This document shows positions 49,559-62,444 of a stretch of 64,000 nucleotides of DNA, in pieces. The notes beneath the pieces were generated by a model. The model saw nothing but the letters and a program-made list of their open reading frames with translations, was not told where the DNA came from and made no database searches. How positions within the stretch are numbered: position 1 is the stretch's first letter; the number at the start of each line of letters is the position of its first letter. The position numbers and the translations under genes are program-made. The DNA comes from Stegostoma tigrinum (taxonomy: Eukaryota). The stretch is from the NCBI RefSeq assembly GCF_030684315.1, contig NC_081358.1:87694458-87758457 (forward strand), written 5' to 3'.

Positions 49559-50327
49559 TATGGGAAAACTTATCAAATTTCAGCTTCAACCTCACCCACA
49601 TTTCCTCATCTTCTGCTCATTAGGATTTACTTACATTACCCATTTTTAACATTGCTGCATAAATGGATGCTTGCCATTGCCTATTGAAGAAAGGAAAAAC
49701 TTGTAGATATTCAGCACCTTTGGCTTCTAAGGATGTCCCAAAGCACTTACGCTTAGTTAACTAGTTGTGATGTGTAATTATGATCAAATAGACAAATGGG
49801 GAGCCATTAATAATCTATAAATGTCCAATTCAGAATGACAGGATAAATAAAACATAACTGTGCAGGCATCCATTATTTTCTCTGGAAGCCCATTTCACAC
49901 ACAAACCACTCTGTGTAAAAACAGTTGCCCAGGAAGGACACGAGGGGCTCCTCCCAGATCCAAAGATTTCAACAAGTATAAACAACCATTTGATAAGATG
50001 CCCATCTTGAAGAAGCTCTGCTCCACTTTTTGACAAACGGTCGCTGGACCCAAGGCACTGGTTCTGGTTTTTCTTCGCAGATGCTGAGCTTTTCCAGCAA
50101 TTTCTGCTTTTGCATTGGATAAGAATTGCTTTGCTTCTGTGATGGAATAATTATTGGGGGAGGTTGCAGAATTGGCAGCTGTGCAGCCAAATTGAAAGAT
50201 GTACCACTTAGACTTTTAGCTATATGACCATTGAGCACCAAAAGTTTGTTTTCTGAAGTTCAGGTCTGAATGTTCCAAAGCCTCACTGTTACATAGCTGT
50301 ATTAAATGGTAAAGTTCATGTGTGAAG

Positions 50328-50458
50328 AGAGATATTGGGAACTACAGATGCTAGAGAATCCAAGAATACAAAGTGTGGAGCTGGATGAACACAGCAGGTC
50401 AAGCAGCATCTTAGGAGCACAAGAGCTGGATGTTTGGGCCTAAACCCTTCATCAGAAA
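50328..50458 (-). mobile_element. Solo PLE pLTR truncated just upstream of the hammerhead
   Basis: TSD TTCATGTG(T/C)GAAG at 50315-50327 and 50461-50473. Confidence 0.85.
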
Positions 50459-51044
50459 ACTTCATGTGCGAAGTTGCCTTTTAAAAACATCTAAAATCAT
50501 TTTTCTTATCTTTGATCCATTTGTAGCTCGAGAATTTTTATGTGGGTGTCTAACTCAATATTCTATCCCACTGGATGAGGTTTTGATGTTACCTCTATAA
50601 AATGTTTCATATTCTAAGGCAGTTGTTTTTCAGCCAAACCTGAAAATTGTATGGGTGACACAATTACAAGGCCTCAGTGAATGTTCCATGTCTACCAAAA
50701 GCCCCGTTAGGCCTTTGAATGAACCAAAATACTACCAACTAAAATTAAATTATCTTCTGAAGATTGATGATTCCAATTAAATCTAGATATTAAACACAAC
50801 TCTGCCTTGATGGTCCCTGCCTGTTCTCTCCTCTGCCGTCACAATCGTGTGGAATGATTTCAAGTTTTAAACTATTAGTCACCTGCTGTGACTATGCACA
50901 AGATTCCACAGGGATTTGGTATTGGGATGCACCTGTGATTCTGGTAAGATTGGAGTAGTTCCCTACTGATACAATGACAATTGTATGGAATACCAACAAT
51001 TTTGGTGCCAACAATCCAGTGGCTCCAAACTATAAGAACAACCA

Positions 51045-51372
51045 AGGTCTTTTCCTTGAGGTCAGGGAGTCCAAAACTAGAGCGCATAAGGTTTAAGGGA
51101 AGAGGGGAAAGATTTAAAAAGGGATATAAGAGGCAACTTTTCACACATGGCGCATGTCTATAATGAGCTACCAGAGGAAGTGGTGGAGGCTAGTATAATT
51201 ACTACATTTAAAAGGCACCTGGATGGTTATGTGAATAGGAAGGGTTTAGAGGGATATGGGCCTAGATTATTTTACTATGGGGCTAGATTATTTTAGGATA
51301 TTTGGTCAGCATGGATAAGTTGGACTGAAGGGTCTGTTTCAATGCTATGAAGCGCTATGATTCTATGACTCT
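51045..51372 (+). mobile_element. CR1 3' fragment
   Basis: ggcaactttttcacaca..gagct.ccagaggaagtggtggaggct..ctatgattctatgactct. Confidence 0.85.
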
Positions 51373-53047
51373 CAGTAAACATTACAAATAGAGATTGTCA
51401 ATGTGATGCAATTTGTCTCTCATTTCATTAATGGCTATTTAAAAAAAACAAATCCCTTAACCTTAATTACTTGTCTCAAAGGATCATGGTTTTCATGACC
51501 TCAGACTGTGGTGGTCACCAAGACTCTGAATAAATTGTGAGGAGGAAATAGATAAATTTTTAATTAGTAACAGAATGAAAGGTTATGGGGAGCAGGCAGT
51601 AAAGTTGAGTTGAGGCTGAGATGGATCAGCCATGATTGTATAGAATGGTGGAGCAGATCAAGGCCCTGAATTGCCTACTCCTACACCTAGTTCTTATGTT
51701 CTCATGTTACTACATTTACATTATTTCAATGTTAGTTTTATTTGAAATAATACTTGGCTCATAAGAGCTGCAGAAAAAAAACCATGAACATGTAATATAA
51801 GATTCTCTGTACATTTTATCAACATTCCAACCTGGAGTTCTATATTGAAATCTGTCTGTCACTATGCGAAAGTAACACAGGTTTTACTCATTGATATCTG
51901 CACAATTGATTATAATTGTGACTCATTAGAGTACTAGCCTATGACAGATTTACGGCAGTAGGGCTTGTGGCAGCCTAATATACAAAGTTAAATAACAAAT
52001 GTGTCTTTCCTTCACCAACTGTGACTGCCATCGAGTTTGGTTTTAACAGATGCATTATTGTATGGAGATTAAACTATGTTATTTAAGTCCAAGAGAATAC
52101 ATTTAAACCTGGACTGTCAGAGCATAAGAATGCATGGAGCATGTCAAGACAAAGTAAACTCCCAGTAATTTATACAATATTTGATTGTATTGAAATGTCT
52201 CAAAGTGGTCTTCATAATAAATTATTTGTAGAGAGCCACAGAGGTTCCTGTGTGATTAACTTCTGCTACGTGATTGAAGAGCTGACAGGAACGTCAGGAA
52301 ACCTGTAGACAACAGATTACTCTGGACTCCTGCTATTTCCAAACGTGTTACTGGTTGCCTTTGCAAGGGAGGAACTGCATGAGAAACAGTGACTGGCAGA
52401 ACTGTTCCCAAATCTCAACAATCCAAAAATCAGATTCGCTCGAAGGAGGAGATTATGCAGTGTAAAGGCACTCTGGTGGCTGGTTGTAGCCACCTGCCAC
52501 CAGTTTCACATCCCCAGCCACAGTGTAAGTAGTCAATATGGCTGGACTATAGGCAGAAGCAGTGGCACCTTCATTTCTCGGGTAGTCCTGGACCCGTTGA
52601 CTCTCTTATTCTTTGGATCTCCCTGTAAATATCAAGGCTCCAAACTTGTGCACAGAGTAATATTTGCATATAGCCAGCTGCAGTCTTTTGTAATGATTTC
52701 TTTCTAAATTATGCACGGGTCTCACTGGTCACCCATTTTTATCCATCCTTGAGAGATCCTGGTGAATTGCCTTATTGATTGCTGACAGCGGTGGGAGCTG
52801 ACGGTTGCAGACACACTAACAATGCTTAGCTAAGGAGTTCCAGGATTTTCACTCAGCAACAATGAAGGAATGGCAGCATAGCATAGGCATGGGGAGAATG
52901 TACAGTCACCCAATGCCAGAATTGAACCCAGTGTCCTAGTACTGTGAGGCAGTAGTGCTAACGATTGAGTCATTGAGGCATCTAATCTAGTGGCTAAGAG
53001 AATTTGACTTTGGGTCTTCTGAAAACAAGGCATTCTTGAATATTCAG

Positions 53048-53395
53048 AATCCTAGAATCCCGACAGTGTGGAAGCAGACTATTTGATCTATTCAGTCCAC
53101 ACCGACACTCTGAAGAGCATCCCACCCAGACCCATCCCTGCAGCACTGCATTTCTCCTGGCTAATCCACCCAGCCTGCACAGTCTTGGACACAATGAGCA
53201 ATTTAACATGGACAATCCACCCTAACATGCATACCTTTGGATTGTGGGAGGAAACTGTAGCACCCAGAGGAAAGCCCAGCAGACACAGGGAGAATGTGCA
53301 AATTCCACACAGATGGTCACCAAAGGTTGGAATGGAACCCAGGTCCCTGGTGCAGTGAGGCAGCAGGAACAACTATTGAGCCACTGAGCTGGCCA
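53048..53395 (-). mobile_element. HE1-type V-SINE
   Basis: Reverse-complement relative of 16003-16290. A partial copy also lies at ~52880-52980. Confidence 0.9.
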
Positions 53396-53879
53396 TTTAT
53401 CAATTAACAAATATCACAATATAATATCTTAGGCTCCAATTAGACAGTACCTTAATTAACTATATCAGATTATGCCTGCTTAGCCTAATTAATTTTGCCT
53501 TCTAAAGTAGCAGACTTGAATCGAAGCAAAGCATTCTTCATGCTGTATTCCTACAGCTCTCAATCTCAACAATTACTTTCTATTCTGAATTGTGGTATGA
53601 TTTCAATACCACACATATTACATACATTTAAAGAAACTAGTGGTCAGGCCATGGTAAATCGGTCTACCAGCCGTATTATTTATTACAGTGTGTTGTGCAC
53701 GCATGAAATAGCAAAGATGGGGACCAAACATAGACATGTGGTTTTGTCAGTGTAAATCAGACATAGACAATACAGTTGGGAGGATGATGGAAGAGGAAAT
53801 GTGAACGTAATATGCCAGCAAACCATGGATTATATCTATTGATAAGAAGCTGCTGGAATTCTTCTTCCTCCTCCTTTTC

Positions 53880-54375
53880 TGAAGAAGGATGTTCTTGCTC
53901 TCAAGGGAGTGCAGCGAAGGTTTACCAGGCAGATTCCAGGCAGGACTGACGTATGAGGAAAGATTGACTAGGTTGGGATTGTTTTCATTGGAGTTCAGAT
54001 GAATGACTGGGATCTCATTCAGGCTTATAAAATTCTAACAGGGCTAGACAGGGTAGGTGCAGGGGGCCATGTTCCCATTGGTGGGTGCGTACAGAACCAG
54101 GGGTCACAGTCTGAGGATTTGGGGTAGACCATTTAGGACGGAGATGAGAAGACATTTCTTCATGCAAACAGTAGTGAACCTTGGAATTCACTGCCACGGG
54201 AAGTAGTTGATGCCAAGTAGAGATCACACTTGGGGCAAATGGGATCAAATGTTTTGGGGAGAAAGTAGGATTAGGCTATTGATTTGGATGATCAGCCATT
54301 ATCATGAATAATGGCATAGAAGGCTCAAAGGCTGAACGGCCTTCTGTTGCTCCTATCTTCTATATTTTTATGATT
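53880..54375 (+). mobile_element. CR1 3' fragment
   Basis: gtgcagcgaaggtttaccagg..acgtatgaggaaagattga..gctcctatcttctat. Confidence 0.85.
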
Positions 54376-55404
54376 TCTGCAAATATTGCTCTGACCATTC
54401 CAAAGAAGCCAGAATAGTTTGTTTGTGTATTGTTCCTAGCAAAATTAACATTCATTCAACCACAGGCAGAAATTGTTGAATTAACCTTACTTATACCATC
54501 TCAGCAGAGAGGACAACAAAAAATGGAAAATAACAAAATGCTCAGATATTATAGTATGATACATCTCCTCTCCAGTTAAGAAAACAATTTATACATTAAC
54601 ATATAAACATGTGTATAACTTCCCAGAATATAATTTATGACTAAACCAACATAAGTAATGTCATAAAATTTTACAGGTTGGATTCCATACTTGCTTTTAT
54701 TTCATCACAACCCAAACACATATGACCGACATTACCAGAGTGATTTCTGTTATTGAAAATGTGTTCCCTTCACACTAGTATGCTTTTTCAAAAATATCAT
54801 AATTTGATAAGAAGTAATTTAAATAACAATGATTTTCGTATTCTTGCCTATATGCCTAAGATTAACCAATATGACTTGTTTCTTTTTTTGCTGGCCCAAG
54901 TCTTTCCACTGTCAGCAGCTAGATTCTGTTCTCTCAACAGCTTTATGTCAAATCTGAACTTTGACCAGTGATTCCACTGGTTGCTTAGGACTTTAACATT
55001 GATTGATTTGGTTAAATCAAAGATCCTACTCACTTTGCTCTGCTGATGGAGCCTATAATACTGGAAAATGCTCACTTTCTTTGCAACTAGCACTTTACTC
55101 TGACTTTTACCTTGGCCTATACAAGGTTCCCCTTGCCCTCAAGTCTCAAACAAAATTATCAAGGTGACACTGATGAAGTCCCTTTCTAAATCTTCACTTG
55201 TTATGTGGATGCTCCTAATCAGACACTACTCATTGATTTTCCACCATGATCTCCTGGCCGAACCAGCATTGACCTCACTAAGTCTCACAATTGATGTGTC
55301 ATTACTAATTTACACCTTGTTTTGCTTTGCTTTGATGTCAGCCTTCAGCAAACTAAACTTTGTCCTAGGAGTATGTTTGGGAACTAATTTGTAAGGGAAA
55401 CAAC

Positions 55405-55868
55405 CTCTTGTTCACCTATGAGAATAGATTGAAGACGTTGAGACAGTTCTCCTTGGAGACAAGGTGGACAGAAGATTTGATAAAGATTTGCAAAATCATG
55501 AGCACACTGGGTAGAGTATTAAGATGTTCTTTCCCATGAAAAGAAAGAACAAAGGGGCATAGGCTTAATGAGATGTGCAAGTGAAAGTAAAGTTGTGAGA
55601 ATAATGTGTGAAGTGCGAAAAATGTGAAAAAGAGAAAAATATGAAAAAAAATTCTCAGTGAGTGGTTAGGGTACGGAATGTGCTACCCAGAAATATGGTG
55701 GAGGTAGGTTCAATTCAGGCACTGAGGAGGGTATTGGATGATTACTTGGAGAGCAATGCTATAGGGATGTGGGAAATGGTAGGAGATTGGCATGAGGTAA
55801 TTAGGCTGGTGAGGGTACAGTGGGCTGAATGGCCTCCTACTGTACCATAACAGTTCTGTGATTCTGTT
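55405..55868 (+). mobile_element. Decayed CR1 3' fragment
   Basis: cacctatgaga.tagattgaaga..tgggctgaatggcctcct.ctgt.cc..ttctgtgattct. Confidence 0.75.
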
Positions 55869-57251
55869 GTAAACTGTAGGGCTATTCCATAAGAAGTCAG
55901 AAAGGTGACTGGCCTTTATTTTCAAGCCTAGCAAACACCTCTGGAAAAAAAAATCAGTTTACAATTTGTGCTTTTCATTTTGTAACAATATTTGATACAG
56001 GGTGAATCCATGCAATTATAACAAGCTTGGCTCAACAGAGAAGTGCACCACCTCTGGCAATCTAATGATGACAAACAAACTGTTCAAAACTTTGATATGC
56101 AGGCTCAATATTTAGCCATTTGACCAAATCAAGGTTTCTTTCCCATCTCCGCCTAGGGAATCCAAATGTACTCATTCCCATAGTTTCCTTGTGTTTGACA
56201 ATGGAGTGAAAAGAACTTTCTTTGAATTATTTCTTATTCTGAGATAGTTCCCAACTTCTCATCATCTTTTTGTGTCTCAATTGGTTTGGATACTAAAAAT
56301 AGAAATAGAAATAAAAATCTTGCCAATGCTTTCATACAGGCTGTGTGCTCTTGATAAAGTTCCCACAACCATTTATTTCTAAATCTTGTCAAAGTAATGA
56401 CCCTTAGCCCCTTAGGAGACATCCCTGATACATGCTCAGTTCATCTCTTTGTGTGAAATACGACTGCAATTTCTCATCATCTCACTCTTTAAGCCAGCCA
56501 TTCAAGACACAATTGAATGCTTTGTTCATGACACAAATGAGCCTTCGAAATTCTCCACCCCAGAAGGCTGTAGAAGCTAAGCCATTGAGTATGTTCCAAG
56601 TAGACATCAACAGATTTTTAAATAACAATAACTTAGAGGGATTTGAGGATTGTGTGGAGCAAAAGTCATTGAAGTGACTTTGCTCAGTCATGATCATATT
56701 GAACGTTGAGGTAACCACATCAGGCTTCTTGTGTTCTTATGGAGCATGACATCCGTCTGAGTTCCTTCATTGATTTACCTGACAAGCATTGACTTACACT
56801 GTTTTATTGTAAAGTAATTCACACGTAACTTAGTGATTAGAAATGAAGTAGGCCATGTGGGAAACCTCGACAGAACACCTTCACCGACATGATCTGACGT
56901 TTTATTATATTTACTATCACATTTGTGAGCCATTAAAATCCACATCAATCGCTGAAACTATTCTGGCACTTGGGAATGTACTCTCATCTTTGAATGAAAT
57001 ATGATTGTTAGGGTTTAGTGGTCAGTTAAACAAAATGAACTTCATACTCTAAAGCTTTTTTGGAGCTTAATAACACCAGCCTGTGAGCAAGTTTACTGAT
57101 TTTATTAAAGTGCATGAAGCATATGGACTGGCTTCTCCTATTATCCTCCATTATGTTTTATTACACATACCTAACATGTACAGTGGAGGTATTGATAAAA
57201 CCAATTGTTTCTTGAGATCATTGTGGGTCAAAACAACATCACTAGTTCATA

Positions 57252-57477
57252 GATAACAAGGTGTAGAGCTGGATGAACACAGCAGGCCAAGCAGCATCAG
57301 AGGAGCAGGAAGGCTGATGTTTCGGGCTAGATCATTCTTCAGAAAATTTTCAAAAAGGGATCTAGGCCCAAAACGTCAGCTTTCCTGCTCCTCTGATGCT
57401 GCTTGGCCTGCTGTGTTCATTCAGTTCTACACCTTGTTTTCTCAGATTCTCCAGCATCAGCAGTTCTTACTATCTCT
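57252..57477. mobile_element. Palindromic PLE pLTR mini-element
   Basis: Inverted tails meet at decayed hammerheads (~57317-57378). TSD ATCAC(T/C)AGTTCATA at 57238-57251 and 57478-57491. Confidence 0.88.
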
Positions 57478-59529
57478 ATCACCAGTTCATACTTCGTTCA
57501 CTTTTTCAAATGCTTTCTGAAACCCTGTAAACCACTACTAAGCTCACCCACCTTTGAACAATTGATACGTTGGAGGCAACCTATTAGATAAGTGAAGGAA
57601 AAAATATTGTAACAACAATCCCTACAAATGTGTTAAATTGAGTCTTTTTGCTTTCAGCCTGGTTGGATGTTTTTACTGACTATCGGGTAGTTTGTCAGGA
57701 TGGCAGATTTCTTTCGTTAAAGACCATTAGTGAACGAGATGGGTTTTTACAGCAAATAATTTTGATTAATTGTTCATGTTAGTCCAGATGTTTATCAAAC
57801 TCAAATTTCACCATTTCGCATAGTGGGATCTGAACCATACCCCGTGCTTAGCCTGGGCTTCTGTATTACAATCCAGTGACATTAACATTCCACCATCGCC
57901 TCTCTCCTTCTAGGGACATTGCCTACCATGGTCTGAATCTTTAGGATTATTTTCACCCCTGAACACTGATCACACAATTGATGTTAGTTTGCTGTGTAAC
58001 AATGGTTGTGTTAATCCATCAAATTTAACTGGACTCCTTATTGTAACAATAAACAGCTGTCATAAAGTCATCTTAACCTTGCAGTTTTAATCCTGAACTG
58101 CTTAAATTACTGAACTTCTGTTACCGCATCATCATTAAAAATGAATGTGTATTGTCTCAAAGCAAAAAGATCATTTTGCCAATTCCTTGATTTATTTGCA
58201 TTTGAAATTGCACTAAAATCGTATTGCAGATTGATTACTAATGTCTAACAAGTTAAAAAATGCTTCTGGCATTGATACTAGTTTATTAACATAATTAGCA
58301 AATTTTCATAATAAGGTTTCAAACTCTTGTGCAAACAGAGTGCTACTTCAGAGCTACTTTCTTTCTTTTATTAATAAACAATGTCCTCTCCATTGTAGAA
58401 GGGAGAAATCAGTCGTTACTGCTGTTCAGAGTGCTAAAGCTACCACTGCTAATTAAAATGCAAGAATTTTTCATTTATTACATTGAAAATATTTTCTTGC
58501 TCAAAGATGAAAACAGCATTTTATGATTTATGGGATCATGCTATCTTTTGGGACTATAAAGATATAGGCGCAAATAGTTTTCTATGGTTTCTTTTTCAGA
58601 GGAAGAGAGAAAAAGTGATAAAAAGTGAGAGAGTGCAAGGCCATATGAAATGTCATCAGCGTTTGATAATGGCAAGTAAGACTGAGATATTGAAATGACC
58701 AGGGTAGAAAGTCTTGGTAATGGAAGGCAGACAGAAGGGAGAACATTAGATCAATATTTATAACCAGTCTTTATCATTCAATGTTTTCATCTTTGCCAAT
58801 AAAATACACCGAGGAATGAAGCGTGACAGCCTCATGATGTGTCATTTCATTATAAGGGATAATTGTTTTGACCAGGTGAAGACGGTTAAATCAGTCCCAT
58901 ACATTTTAAGCGTCTTGGTGGCTGCAAAGATAATTTTTACTTGTATTTAATGCGTAGTTACATCACACTTAAAATAACATGTAGTTCACTTGTTGAAAAT
59001 TAAGAAATCAATTTCTCGAGTGGAAAAAAAGAATTTTATTACTATACCGGAGTAAATAATAAAACATGACATCAAACACTTGCATAATGTTCACAAGGGG
59101 AAAGTGCCCAGCCCAGATGGGAGGATTAAAGGGCATACAAGTTAAAAGCATTTACAGTGCTTACAGTGCCAGGTTTTAAATGTGGGCATTTAATTGATGA
59201 TTTGGCAGTTGTGAAGTTTCAATGAGTTCTCAGTGAATAGACATTATTTTGATTTTCTTTTCACAAATGATGATTTTTGAGATGCCGAGAGAAAACAGAA
59301 AGAGATAGAGAGAGAGAGAAAAGTTATCCAACTCTATTGTTACATTACGTTACTCTTATTGCTACAATTCAGAAGGGCAGATGCCTGAAATACAGTCCAC
59401 TTGTATACTCCCGTGTATGGCTGCATTGTTATTCCAAGCTGGATAATCAGTATGTGATTTTCATCTCCTGCTATGGGACCTATTCAGAAGCTCAACCAGG
59501 AAATACAGATGAAGACATGTGCTTGAATC

Positions 59530-60340
59530 TGCTTGTTCCACAAAGTGATCACCCAGTATGAATTTCGTCTCCCCAGTGTAGATAAGATCACATTGTGATC
59601 TATGAATACAGTAGGCTAGTCTAGGTGAAGTGCAGATGAAGTGCTGCTTCAACTGAAAGGTGTGCCCTGAGGCTGTAATGTCCTCACAAGGAAATAATCA
59701 GTCTGTTAAAATGACCGTGAGCTTGCCAATTTCATACACCACCTTGATGCCATTTCTGTGTCAGCCCTGCTACAGTGTTCCAGCGAGGAGGAATAACACA
59801 TCCTCCACTTAGGGACCTTCCACCCTTCAGGACTTGACATTGAGTTTAACAATTTCAGAGCATGATACCTCTTTCCATGTTTTACCTACCACCTCATCCC
59901 AGGTCCTTTCATGAAATGGTAGGACCCCTGAAGGAGGGTAATATCTGAAACATTGACTTCTCCTTTCCTCCAGATGCTGCCTGGCTTGCTGTGTTCTTCC
60001 AGCTTCCCGTCTGTCTACCTTGGATTCCAGCATCCAACATCATGAAATGGGTTACTTTTGATACAGCCAACCTATTTTCTAATACTTATAGCCCTCATTA
60101 TCAAATATTTAGCTTCTCCTCTTCTCCAGTTCACAATCAACAATCCCCTTGTCTGCCCACCTTTTCTCTCTCTCTTTCTGGGCTCCTACTCCACCTATCC
60201 ACTCATCCCTTTTTCACCCATAATTCCCCATCATCAATATATATATATATCACCATTTACAACTGTTATCATGTTTGAAGAAGGGTCACTGGACTCAAAA
60301 TGTTAATTCTTTTCACTCCACAGATGCTGCCAGACCTGTG
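59530..60340. mobile_element. Old PLE fragments: minus GIY-YIG piece (~59530-59660), plus EN C-terminus/pLTR (~59785-60040), family-B pLTR (~60120-60340)
   Basis: KQHFICTSPRLAYCIHRSQCDLIYTGETKFILGDHF and HLGTFHPSGLDIEFNNFR. Decayed hammerheads at ~59928 and ~60275. Confidence 0.75.
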
Positions 60341-61042
60341 CACTGTCACACTGCAATCCTACCTTTGCTGAAGGCGCATCTATGTTTTGACGTATATCTA
60401 CCTTGCAATTCATTCTCCATCTTGTATATGGTCAGAAAGAAGCTTTGTTGAGACATACCTGAAAGCTCCAAAACGCGATAAAGAATAGTTTGACAGTGGG
60501 AATCAAAATAATCTTTATCCATTTCCAGCGTAACCGCATACAATTGAGTTCAGGCTAAATCTGGTATCCACTTAGACCTGCAGGTAGCGATGCTCAAACT
60601 ATTTCTGTTTCACACCACATTTAATAGAACTAATCACCACATCCCTCTGAAGTCCCACCCCTTCTTAACATGACAGATGAATTATGCTAAAGGACGGAAT
60701 CTGCTGATTGTGTGTTGCTAGCATGGAGTATCACCTGCCAGTGGCATGTACCAGAAACTTGTGTGCAGTGCTCATAAAATGTCAGTTCCATGGAAAGTAA
60801 TGCTTAAACGAGTTGCCAGTTACGCGACTGTATTTTTCTAAAATTCATCCCCATGATTTGATGTTTTTTGCCAGACCAACATTTATTGCCCATTTATAAA
60901 TGCCTGAAGGCCATAAGGTGTCACTCACTTTGCTGTGGGTCTAGAGTCACATGCAGGATGGACCAAGCAAAAACGGCAGTTTTCTTCTCTAACCAGTGAT
61001 TTCATAGTCACTACTAGACTCTTAGTTCCAGGCTATTATGGG

Positions 61043-61072
61043 ATTCAAATTCAAATTCAAATTCAAATTCAA
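61043..61072. repeat. (ATTCAA)5 microsatellite within a SINE
   Basis: Read directly from the sequence. Confidence 0.9.
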
Positions 61073-61331
61073 ATGCATGTCCACAGAACATTACTTAGAA
61101 CCCTGGATTAATAGTCTAGCAGTGCAACTAGTCCCTCACCCCCCCGATCAAGATCATTGACATAATTTCAAATTACCCGTAAGAAACACTAGTCAGTTAT
61201 GATACAATGTAATACATCTCCGTCACAGAGAAAAAGCACCACTCGAGTTCCTATCTCCCTTAACGCTGAAGAACACATCCTGGAAATAAATATAAGATTT
61301 TGCAATGTGCTCCTGTAAATTCTCGTTCTAC

Positions 61332-61606
61332 CTGAAGACCAGATGAAACATGAGCACAAAAATTTTACAACTCAAAGATGCCAAAGTATATACAAATGCC
61401 TTAAAGAATTGCTTCACCCCATCTTCCCTAGGAAAGTTTTCAGGAATTTCCATAGTATCAACATGATGAATGTGCTTTGTGTCTACACAGTCTAATTGAT
61501 CTGGTTTATAACGGCCTTCAACATGCACTTCATCAATTCTTCCCACTTTCATGTGGACATAAGTCCTTGGTATATTCCACTTAGTTAGACCGTAACTCTG
61601 CGGCAT
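61332..61606 (-). CDS. Candidate unidentified coding exon (92-codon open frame with hydrophobic C-terminal segment)
   Basis: Non-repeat sequence. Acceptor gttctcttcaacag lies directly before the ATG, and a possible donor AG|gtagaa at 61331. No homologue recognised. Confidence 0.25.
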
Positions 61607-61761
61607 CTGTTGAAGAGAACATCAGCTGTAGAGAAGAAATATTTTCTCCACAATCAACAGCGTAGACAAGTCGAAGAATAATTTGCCATTATATTTTATA
61701 TGCTCCTGTAGATAAAAGCAATTTATTGATTCTACTCCAGGCCCCAAGTAAACATTCTGAA

Positions 61762-62444
61762 GCGGAGGCTTGGGGACCGCTTTGCAGAACACCTCCGCTC
61801 AGTTCGCAACAAACAACTGCACCTCCCAGTCGCAAACCATTTCCACTCCCCCTCCCATTCTCTTGATGACATGTCCATCATGGGCCTCCTGCACTGCCAC
61901 AATGATGCCACCCGAAGGTTGCAGGAACAGCAACTCATATTCCGCCTGGGAACCCTGCAGCCATATGGTATCAATGTGGACTTCACCAGTTTCAAAATCT
62001 CCCCTTCCCCCACTGCATCCCTAAACCAGCCCAGTTCATCCCCTCCCCCCACTGCACCACACAACCAGCCCAGCTCTTCCCCCCCACCCACTGCATCCCA
62101 AAACCAGTCCAACCTGTCTCTGCCTCCCTAACCGGTTCTTCCTCTCACCCATCCCTTCCTCCCACCCCAAGCCGCACCCCCAGCTACCTACTAACCTCAT
62201 CCCACCTCCTTGACCTGTCCGTCTTCCCTGGACTGACCTATCCCCTCCCTACCTCCCCACCCACACCTTCTCCACCTATCTTCTTTACTCTCCATCTTCG
62301 GTCCGCCTCCCCCTCTCTCCCTATTTATTCCAGTTCCCTCCCCCCATCCCCCTCTCTGATGAAGGGTCTAGGCCCGAAACGTCAGCTTTTGTGCTCCTGA
62401 GATGCTGCTTGGCCTGCTGTGTTCATCCAGCCTCACATTTTATT
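61762..62444 (+). mobile_element. Young 5'-truncated Neptune-type PLE
   Basis: EN C-terminus (ORF 61871..62131) and an intact hammerhead at 62356-62383. TSD ATTCTGAA at 61754-61761 and 62445-62452. Confidence 0.93.

Noticed and set aside
52380-52530. Possible first exon ending at a GTAAGT donor
   Set aside because: It has a short frame, a weak acceptor/promoter context and no recognisable homology.
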